Below, piece by piece: positions 55,474 to 64,000 of a DNA stretch of 64,000 nt. The translations under genes were made by a program, and so were the position numbers. The stretch lies in the NCBI GenBank assembly GCA_905178155.1, contig CAJINV010000001.1, forward strand, positions 11,639,832 to 11,703,831, given 5' to 3'. The notes beneath the pieces were generated by a model, which saw only the letters and a list, made by a program, of their open reading frames with translations, did not search any database and was not told the origin of the DNA. Source of the DNA: Amoebophrya sp. A120 (Eukaryota > Protista > Dinoflagellata). Position 1 is the stretch's first letter, and each line of letters opens with the position of its first letter.

Positions 55474-55614
55474 CAACGAAATACACGTACACCTTCGTTG
55501 TCAATTTTTGCCAGAAATAGATTCTTCCTGCCGTTGCTTGGAAATAGGTAGTCTTCTCCGTCGTGGTTATTTTCACTTGAGTGTACTAGTACTTCCAAAA
55601 TGCTCGACTTCATG

Positions 55615-56557
55615 TTACTTTTTCGCCGCTTTTTTCATCACCGTGCCCGCCTTCGGTTTTGCAACCTTGGGCTTTTCTTCTTTCTTCGGTTTTTCCACAT
55701 TTTCCTTCTTTTTTTTCCCCGCGGCCGCAGACGAGCCCGCAGCACCGGACCCACCCTTCCCAGCACCCTTGGCCGGTGTGATTTTCGGCAGCTTGGCGCT
55801 CGCGTTGGTCGACTTCATGCCGTGGTCTTCCAATTTCGCAGCGAAGGTCCGCGGAGTCCCCGACCTTCAAAGGTGAAGATGTTGAGCGAGAAGTTGATGC
55901 ATTTCAAAGCCGTGCACGAATCAAGTCGACAAAATCCTTTGGACTTTGCCGCGACCTGCAGATGCGGAAAACTGAGCGATAGAGCAAAAAAAGCAGCAGA
56001 CACAAAAAACGTAGATGAAGACCATCGGGTAGTAGCTGCCCGAGACACGAAGAACGCAAAAACTCATAAAAAAAAGGAATTAACGAGATTGAAAAACATG
56101 CATCATGATCATCTTTATACAGAGCGTCCACATATTCCCCGTTTTCCCCGATCATGAAGTAGGTTCCAAAGTTCCACTTGATTGCCTCGAGGCCGCCTTT
56201 CTGCTTTAACCACTTGTACAGAGGGGCGGCGTTGTCTCCGTTCACCTCGATTTTGTCCATCATGAACAACTTGCCGCAGTCGTCCCCCAGGCATTTCTGG
56301 ACGAACTGCTGGATTTCACCGCAGGGCTTGCTCTCCTGCGAACCGAACTGGTTGCAGGGGAAGCAGAAGATCTGCAGGTCCTTCTGGAAGTCAGCTTGCA
56401 AATTCCGCATTTGCTCGTAGTGGTTCATCGTCTTGCCTCACTTGGAAGCGACGTTGACCAGCAGCGCCACCTTCTTTCCGTTCATCGCAGCCTTGAAGTC
56501 GACCGCCTTACCGGCGATGTCCTTCATTCCGGAAAACGAAAAAAGCGTGGTCGCCAT
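55615..56557 (-). CDS. GPX: Selenocysteine-containing glutathione peroxidase with Lys-rich C-terminal tail, ~228 aa, 2 exons
   Basis: ATG at 56557 reads MATTLFSFSGMKDIAGKAVDF...KVALLVNVASK-TGA(56438-56440)-GKT...FPCNQFGSQE...KIEVNG...PLYKWLK...IKWNF. The UGA sits exactly at the catalytic Cys/Sec position. Intron 55865-56120 (CT|GTATAA...GAAG|G) joins to LSGTPRTFAAKL and a Lys/Ala/Pro tail. Confidence 0.92.
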
Positions 56558-57260
56558 TTCCGAGGAGGTCAATCAACCTTACGAAACAGCGAGAAGCAGG
56601 TGCTCAAGTAAGGGGAGGTCGAGGTTGAGTGAAGTTTCGCTTTTCGCGTATACAGCTACCAGGGGAAAAAACGGCTTCTTGTTTTTTACTTTAGGTAACG
56701 AGTAGAGTAGAGCGTCTGTTTGTGAGTGTGACCCGGCAGTGTTACAAAAGCTTCGATAAAAAAGCTTTACCGAAACAAGTATCCTTCACGGTGAAGGTGA
56801 ACCTGAAGAAAGGGAAAGGTGGAAAACACTATATTGAAATCGTAACCGTAAGTTCTTTCGAATGCTTGTTTAGATCCTTCCTGTCTTCTGATACAGATCC
56901 ACAGCAGCTTTGGCCTGAACCTCATCCTTGGAAGTGGAGCACGGGGTGCTTCACCAGAACGATAAAGTTTCGCTCTTGCAGTGTTGTAGGGCTACAACCA
57001 TGCGGATCAACGTTGAAGGGACCTTTTCGTTTTCTCACATGTCAACAGTCATCCACGCACAGACACAGCGCTGTCCATTGATCGCGCGCCCAGATGTCAT
57101 CAAACATGCATTCGTTATGATGTTGCTATGCCTTTCGAACCTTACAAGGAAAAAAAATTCGGTATTTCCGAAACCAAACTTCATTTTTGCATCTACTTTG
57201 TAGATGCTTGTTCTCAGGGTCGGACTTCCAGCCCCCTCGCGCAAGTCCTTATCGCGAAAG

Positions 57261-58736
57261 CTAGAAGGTAACAGCAGGAGCTGCTGCAGATCCAGATTGC
57301 GAGCAGGCATCTACTGCAGAAGTCGGACAGATCTGGCTGACTTCCGGGTTGCAGCTAAGAAGCGAGGCCGGCATCGTCATCATCTGGCTGTCGGTATCAG
57401 GGCCCATGTACCGAAGCGCCACCGCGCGCTTAATGTCTGACTTTTTCGCACGCACAAACAGCTGCACACAGTGCCCGCCTTTGGTCAGCTCCTGTACCTG
57501 CGGTGCTGCCACTCCGCAGGATTCCCCGCTTTCCACGCAGCCACGGGCTACGCACTGGTCCCTCTCCGTGAACAGGCGGCACTGCCCGTGCGTCAAAACC
57601 TGGTTGCCGTCAATCAGCAAGGTCGTCGACGTTTCTGGCTGTTCCGGCGAAACGTCAAACAGGTACGAGCCCGCTTGCAGGACATTCACGGACCCCGAGA
57701 ATCGCACCCACCAAATCAATGGCTCTGCGGCTGCGGTCGGGAGCCAGGTGAGCTGGTTACTCCCCAGCCGGTAGTCTACAAAGGGTGCTCGCGCCACGCC
57801 GTCCACGTTCGCAGGTTTCCAACCGCTTTGCCAATCTGCCGGTTGCGTGGCAGCACTGAAGAACTCCACGGACAGACCGCCTGGATTTAAGTCCGTCTCG
57901 CGGTCGTGCAGCTGGGAGAAATAGAGGCTGTATTTCTCTGCTACCTCATCCCCCGGCGCGACGGGATCTTTGCTACGGTGCGCCTGTGGCATATTGCCGT
58001 ACGTGGTGTATCCGCTCCGGCTCTTCAGTGGGTAGAACGACAGGGGGAGCTTGTCCATGGGGGCAAACACCCGGCGGTCCGGGCTGTCCAGACCTTTCAC
58101 GGGCTGACCCGCGACCACCTTTTTCGTCCCGCCGCCGCACACGCAACAGGCCTGGAGGGGCGAAACGCCCCCGCTCGCGAAGGTGGCGATCCCTTGTGAT
58201 TCCGTCCACCCCGCCCCGGCCTGGCCGTCCTCCGTGCAAAAGTTTTGTGCTTTGTAGTGAGCACACCCCCGACCGCTCGAGTCCGCGAACGTCGCGGGAG
58301 CGTCGTGACACTGCAGCCGAGCGTGCTGTGCGTCCGGAAGGTGGTCCGGAAACCGCTCGGCCACATCGTGCTCCGCGGGGAAGGGAACCCCGAAGCGGTG
58401 CTTCGGCAGGAACACGTAGTCTCCCCCGGGAGCGGAGTTCTCCTGCGGGTGCTTTTCCTCCTCGTGTTCCAGCTCCGACAAAGGTGCAATTGGCTCCAGG
58501 TCGTCCAAAACACGCAGGGGATGTTGCGGCAAGTACGGATTGCTTGTCGGAAAGATCGAACCCTGCAGGGTCGCGTGCGAATAGCTGTCCCACGCGTTCT
58601 CGTTCTTCCTGCTCGACCCCGGGTCGGAAACCAGATCCTTAATGTTGAACTTTGTTGCCAAGACGGGAGCAACAAGATGGGGAAGTTCGCGCACGACCGA
58701 CAGTCCAACCGCGACGGACATGCGCCGTCGTGTCAT
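57261..58736 (-). CDS. Probable secreted/surface protein with Cys-rich module and PA14-like carbohydrate-binding domain
   Basis: Hydrophobic N-terminus, then the module CHD...FADSSGRGCAHY...FC...QACCVCGGG. PA14-like region GLSVEFF...WVRFSGSVNVLQAGSYLF...LLIDGNQVL...LTKGGHCVQL...LRYMGPD. Start codon uncertain. Confidence 0.7.
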   Translation of the reverse strand: MTRRRMSVAVGLSVVRELPHLVAPVLATKFNIKDLVSDPGSSRKNENAWDSYSHATLQGSIFPTSNPYLPQHPLRVLDDLEPIAPLSELEHEEEKHPQENSAPGGDYVFLPKHRFGVPFPAEHDVAERFPDHLPDAQHARLQCHDAPATFADSSGRGCAHYKAQNFCTEDGQAGAGWTESQGIATFASGGVSPLQACCVCGGGTKKVVAGQPVKGLDSPDRRVFAPMDKLPLSFYPLKSRSGYTTYGNMPQAHRSKDPVAPGDEVAEKYSLYFSQLHDRETDLNPGGLSVEFFSAATQPADWQSGWKPANVDGVARAPFVDYRLGSNQLTWLPTAAAEPLIWWVRFSGSVNVLQAGSYLFDVSPEQPETSTTLLIDGNQVLTHGQCRLFTERDQCVARGCVESGESCGVAAPQVQELTKGGHCVQLFVRAKKSDIKRAVALRYMGPDTDSQMMTMPASLLSCNPEVSQICPTSAVDACSQSGSAAAPAVTF

Positions 58737-59504
58737 TTTTTCCGACGCAAAGCTACTATGGCCGCGAGGAACTGTTTGCGTCAAGGTCATTTTCAACGTA
58801 GGAGTCCATCCTGCACTCTGGCGCATTTTTGCGCCACTTCTGTCATCGCCTGGGTCTTGCTGGGCTTCATCCCGCCCACCACAACCGCGATGCACAGGAG
58901 TGAGAATAATGCTAGCGCGAGCCTGCAAGAAAGGGATTATTGTGACATATCTGTTGTCTCGTTCCAATTTGTCAGAAGCATTTCTGGCGCGCACGTGGCA
59001 TTCTCAAAATACTTACGCGCATTTTCGTCCCACACAGACACACTCTCGTCCCTTTATTATTCTTAACTGCGTGTCTCTGTTTCGAATCTCGAGCTATCTT
59101 CGCTGCGGAGTACCTATTGACGACCTGTTGAATCTGGACTCTACCCAAGTACAACTTCGGTCGAACACAATGAAAGAAGATGCAGTGGCTCCAAACCAAT
59201 TGCAGAACCAAACTCCATGTCACATAAATCGTTGTGGATTTTCTTAAAAAAGCGCGATGTGAGTTTTCTTAAAAAATTCGAGCGCAAATTTGATCAAGAA
59301 ATGTTCCGCTTTCGTCAATCGTCAATGTCAATTTCTCATGTTGCATGATAGACCGCTGAATAAAGATAGTAAGTGCACGATATCTCGAGTTGTAGGAATC
59401 TTCCTGTTCGCGTGATGAAGCGAAGGAACCCAGTGTTAATAGCGCATCAAGAACTGGGGCATTATGAGAAGCAAGGAAGATGAACAAGAAAGCGCCCCTC
59501 CCCT

Positions 59505-62500
59505 TTACTTCTTCCCAGCCTTCTTTTTCTTGCCCTTTTCCTCAACTCCGAATTCGGCAAAAAGTGCGTCCAAGTCTTCTTCGTCATCCTTTTTGGCCGG
59601 CTTCTTCTTCTTACCCGCGGGCTTCTTGGCGCTGTCCGCATTGGCTCCCTGCTCGCCCTTGGAGTCGTTTCGGGTGACCTGCTTCTCTGAAACTTGCCAA
59701 GACTGCGGCGGGAAGTTCGCGCTCAGAATAGCGTCCATCTCCGGGTTCGAAAACTTCTTGGAGGCCTTCGCATCCGGCTGTTGGTGCGTCGGGGGCATCA
59801 ACGTTTTCAAACCTGTGAAAAAATGATTGTTGTCAATTGCCTAGGTGGTAAGTAGTTTTGATGCGACGAGCCAGAATGATCCAAACTCAACTGGAGCGAC
59901 AACTACTGTGTTTCATTCAATAGGTCGATATAGAGAAAGAGGTGAGTGTCACTTTCATGCAGCTGTACTACGGTTAGATGACTTTTCGAGACCACTTAAG
60001 TACACGTACCTTTCGAAAGCGCGGTCCGGGCCTTCTTGATCTTGTTTCTCAAGCTGCTGGAGATGCTGAGATTGCTCATGGCTTGCGTCGGGCGGACGGC
60101 CACTTCGAAGAAGTGAAATTTCGTAAACTTGGATGCCAAGAAAGCCACAACGTCCAGAGCGAGTTCCGCACGGGATTCTAAAGTGTCTTCCGTGCCTTCC
60201 GGGAGGGTCTTCAACGTGCCCGCGCGGATCCAGGCCTCGTTGATGACGTCCTCGGCGAGTTCGGCCTTCACTGCGGAAAAGACGGCTTCCAGTCCGCTGC
60301 CGTTGCACTCGTTGTCGTACTGGGCAAGCTGCTCCTCGCGCTGCTTGATGTACTGATCGGTCTGCACCTGCGATAGCTTCTCCTGCTCGGCAGCAGCCTT
60401 CTCACGGGCGGCTTCTTCCTGTGATTTTCGGAGTTTTTAAAAGACATTCATCATCCACTGAAATAAATTGGTGAAGATATCGCAAGACGAAAATAACACA
60501 GCTATCTTAGTGGAAAACGCGGCAAGGGCAATCTGCTTGTTCAGAAATGAGAAATGGGCTAAACATAGTACCTGATGCTTTTTGCGCATTTCCTCAGCCT
60601 TGGCCTTTTGTTCCTCCTGGGCCTTCTTTTCCTTCTCCGCCTCTTTTCGGGCCTTATCCTGCTCCTTCTTCTTGGCGGCTTCCTCCGCCTTCTTCCGCTG
60701 TGCCTCCTCCTGCTTGCGCTTCTCGGCGGCCTGCTTGCGCTTCTTTTCCGCATCTGCCTGTCGCTTGGCTTCCTGCTCCATATCGATCTTCTGTTCCATC
60801 ACTTCGGCGCGGGCATCCGGCTCGTCATCCTCGTCGACAGCCTGCTGGTTCTTGTTTTTTTTCTTGTTGTTCTTCTTGCCACCCTGCTTCTTGGCCGGGG
60901 CGGATTCCTGGAAGGCAGTCGTGTTGTTTTCGGCCGCCGCGTTCTCCACCGGCGGGTCGCACATGACCGGCTCCTCACCGAGCTGCTCACGGATCAAAGC
61001 GCACACCTTCGGGACCTGTTTTTGACAATAGGCAGAAGTTCGACTCGAACTAGACAGATGATGGCATAATTATGTGTGTCGTGTCTACTGGATTTCCTAC
61101 ATCGGTGGACGGTTGTAGTTGGCTGCTGTACTTGCAACTGTGAAAACGAAAACGGAAAAATGCATCCATTCGTAACTAAAAATTACCAGAGCCTCGCCAC
61201 TTTCCAAATCCTTTCCCCGAGCCAGCTCGTCCGTCAGGTCCGCCAACAGCGTTTCCGTCTCCTCGACTGTTTTTGTGGACAGCAGGACCGACTGGAACTG
61301 GTCCGCGGACACGGTTTTCGCATGCTGCTTCGCGAGTGCGCGCAAGTCCCGACGCAAGACCTTCAGTTTGTTCTTCTCCTCCTCCTTGGCCTCCTTTTCC
61401 TTCTTGCGCTTCTCCTCCGCCTCCTTTTCTTCCCGTTCGCGGGCCTCCTTTTCCTCCTTCTTCTTGCGCTCCTCTTCCTCCCGGGCGCGCTGCTTCGCCA
61501 GCTTCCCCTCGTTCTTCTTCTCCCACTGGCGCTGTTTCAGCAGTTTGATACGGGAGTCGTACTTCTCCGCGAGTTCGGCCAGCGTCAACAGCCGCGCGGA
61601 CTCGTCGTTGCGGTACTTCTGGCGGATGCGCGCGTTCTGTCGCTCAATGTACCGCTTCTCCTCGCGGTACTCGGACTTGTCCGGGTCGTCCAGCGCGTCG
61701 TCCCCCTCTTCTTCGATGATCTTCATGTCGAAATCGCGCCACGACTCGAAGTCGCCGGTCCAGAACTTGTAAAAGTCGGTGACCTTTTTCATGTACTTCT
61801 CGAACTCCGGCGTGCCCTCTTCCACCGAAACAAACGCCGGCAGTTGGGGCACCGGCTGCTTCAGGGACCACTTGCTGTTGCGCTGGAACACGTCGTGGAA
61901 GATGTCGTAAAACTGCTGGTCGGTGAGATCCTTCATCTCCGCGAGCTCCTTCTCCTTCGGGATCGTGTCGTCGAAGGGCAGGGAAGAATCGTACTTCCGC
62001 CGGCGGACCGGGTCAGACAGAATGTCGTAGGCCTCCTGCAGCTTCACGAACTCCTTCGCTTTCTGCTCGTCGGAGCCCTTCGTCTGCTTGTCCGGGTGGT
62101 ACACCAGACTCATGTCGCGGAACGCCTTCTTCAGATCCTTCTCCGTCGCGTCGACTTTCACTTGCAAAAATTTGTACAAATCCACGCCCTTCAAGTTGTC
62201 GTCAAGCTGTTATTTTTGTGAAATGAATTTGGAAAAAAAAGTCAATCGCTTTCGCTTGTGCGAAAAAAAGCCGTCGATAGCTCGGTACTAAAACCTTTGA
62301 ATTTTTCGAATTGATTCAATCAAACACAAATCATACCTTGAAGATTCCCGCCTTCGTGAAGCTCTTCGGTTTGTGGCGGTCGCCCTTGAAGCCAGCGGGA
62401 GTGGCCTCGTCGGTGTTCCCCTCGGATTCCACAGATTCGTCAACAACCATGCGTGCCTCTTCCATCTGGGTAAAAAACCCGCGACCGTACGGCTCCATCC

Positions 62501-62612
62501 GCATTGTCTCGACCTTGACACTGGCCGTCGCCGGCGTGTCCTTCTTTTCGAGCGGGAGCGGCCACAACATGGGCAGGTGGGAGGAGGAACTGCTGGACTG
62601 ATCTTGCGTCAT
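59505..62612 (-). CDS. DNAJC2: Zuotin / DNAJC2 (MPP11) ribosome-associated J-protein, ~818 aa, 5 exons
   Basis: Exons 62612-62337, 62206-61187, 61015-60572, 60418-60010 and 59812-59505, all in phase via GT-AG. Motifs EPYGRGF, J domain with HPDK, zuotin homology NSKWS...PVPQL...FYKFW...FESWRDF...REEKRYIERQN, and a charged coiled coil. Confidence 0.92.
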
Positions 62613-63543
62613 TTTGTTTTTTGTTTTTGAATGCAGTACAAACGAAAATGTAAACGTACGTGTAACGAGAACGTCTGAAGCGAAAATATTTTTACGAAGA
62701 ATGCGCGAATGTGTTGATATCTAAAGTTTATTGGCGATATGGATGAAGTTCGGCAATTGGAAATACTATCACGTATTTTCGTTTTGAAAACACATGAACG
62801 AACTCGATTTCCTGTTGTGGGTGACATTTACGAAAAAAAACGATGCAAGACCATTACCGTTAAAGAAGGCTACCTTGAAAAAAATTGAATGTGCTCTCTT
62901 CGCGTGATGTGACTTTTGGAACCATGTCAGAATTTTTGGATCGTCATCTAGTCTGATCGTCTGCGTATTTTGGAGCTGCAGAGAGCTTTAGCTTGAGCTT
63001 GTTGGATGAAGTGCTGAGTAATGCATAAGAATGATCGCATCAGGTGAGACTGATTTCAAGCATGGGTCGCGCAGCACAGATCTTCTGTAACATTTTTTTG
63101 ACTCGTGAATGGTAGATCCCATCTTCAAGCTTGTTGTCTCAGTTCAGAATCATGGAGTACTTAATTAAAAAAGCTTCGGCGGGAAACACATTTTCGTCCC
63201 AATCTGCAAATGCAATCTCGATCTTCGTCCACTTTCGTGGATTTTCTGTGGGTCGATGGTGTTCGCGCACTTTTCAAACCTGATCCTTCAGCAAATTTTT
63301 TTCTACACAGTTCTTTCGTGTCATTTGCAATTGCGCATCTCATCTGAAAACACTGCTACTATTGTACAAGCGTGTTGGCTCTACCAACGAGACTAAGACT
63401 CTGTGAAAAAAAGAAGTTCGTTTGTCGCTAAGAAAGAGGGATACTACGAAAATGAAATCGCAGAAGCATGATTTCGCGAAAGTTCCCAGATTACTCATGT
63501 TAGTGACATGGCAAACACACCAAAGTCGGATCACTGCCTGCTC

Positions 63544-64000
63544 CTACCCAACGTTCGCAAAAATCGGGCAGCAGCATTCTTCGCGCCCCTTCTTCCGATG
63601 CTCCGCTCTCATTTTGATTATTTCCGAGTTTTTTGCGTTGTACGCATCTTGGATCTGCTTTTTGTCCATGCTTACCAAGCATCCGTCTTGAACGGCAGCA
63701 GCTATTCCATGTTGATCGCCAAGTTTCTTCTCCGGATCGCAATTTTCGTAGGCAATTTCGACCGGCGACTTGTGCGCATTTTGGTCCCACAACGTGACAA
63801 GGCGATTCCGGCGCACATCCAGATGAAGCTCGATCGTTTCCTTCGTTCTGTGGTCCGGCCGGGTCACCCGCAAGCAATTCGGATTCACAACTTTCCACTT
63901 TTCTCTTGGATAAGGACCGCCGCCACCTCCATGAAGGGTCAAGCTTTTGTCGGTGGTTGAGGGGCCGCTGAAATCCAACCAGTCCTCCGTAATGTCGAGA
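63544..64000 (-). CDS. Hypothetical protein, 3' part (runs off window end)
   Basis: Open frame from the window end to 63544 with coding-like composition, ending ...EECCCPIFANVG. It may splice further. Confidence 0.5.
   Translation of the reverse strand, partial: LDITEDWLDFSGPSTTDKSLTLHGGGGGPYPREKWKVVNPNCLRVTRPDHRTKETIELHLDVRRNRLVTLWDQNAHKSPVEIAYENCDPEKKLGDQHGIAAAVQDGCLVSMDKKQIQDAYNAKNSEIIKMRAEHRKKGREECCCPIFANVG

Noticed and set aside
56438-56440. GPx as a pseudogene or evidence of a reassigned genetic code
   Set aside because: The only in-frame stop is at the catalytic position with a SECIS-like hairpin downstream. TGA is used as a normal stop in other genes here (e.g. 26518, 34268, 49570).
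1-64000. Dinoflagellate spliced-leader relics, tRNA/rRNA genes, CRISPR arrays
   Set aside because: No CCGTAGCCATTTTGGCTCAAG-like sequence, cloverleaf, rRNA segment or regularly spaced repeat-spacer array was found by eye. A covariance-model scan would be needed to exclude small RNAs.

Overview
Eukaryotic (protist) nuclear DNA. About 17 protein-coding genes, all on the minus strand, are split by short canonical GT-AG introns (77-342 nt; 17 placed by hand) and separated by AT-richer spacers. The one-strand gene block, compact spacing and very divergent, insertion-rich proteins suggest an alveolate, probably an Amoebophrya-like syndinian dinoflagellate. This is an inference: no taxonomic marker gene is in the window. 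Recognisable genes are a highly divergent kinesin (visible only after splicing), a DUF2237 protein, a PX+WD40-like protein, a BUD23-like methyltransferase, Notchless/NLE1, a single-chain 2-oxoacid dehydrogenase E1alpha-E1beta-lipoyl fusion next to glutaryl-CoA dehydrogenase, a ~3,140-aa ankyrin-like/split-RING protein, a signal-peptide U-box protein, a SET-like protein, a selenocysteine glutathione peroxidase, a PA14 protein and zuotin/DNAJC2. The peroxidase has an in-frame UGA, a candidate atypical SECIS and a histone-H1-like tail. Up to three diverged copies of a GC-rich intergenic repeat family are present. No rRNA, tRNA, CRISPR or transposase was recognised. Domain calls come from motif recognition by eye, not database searches.
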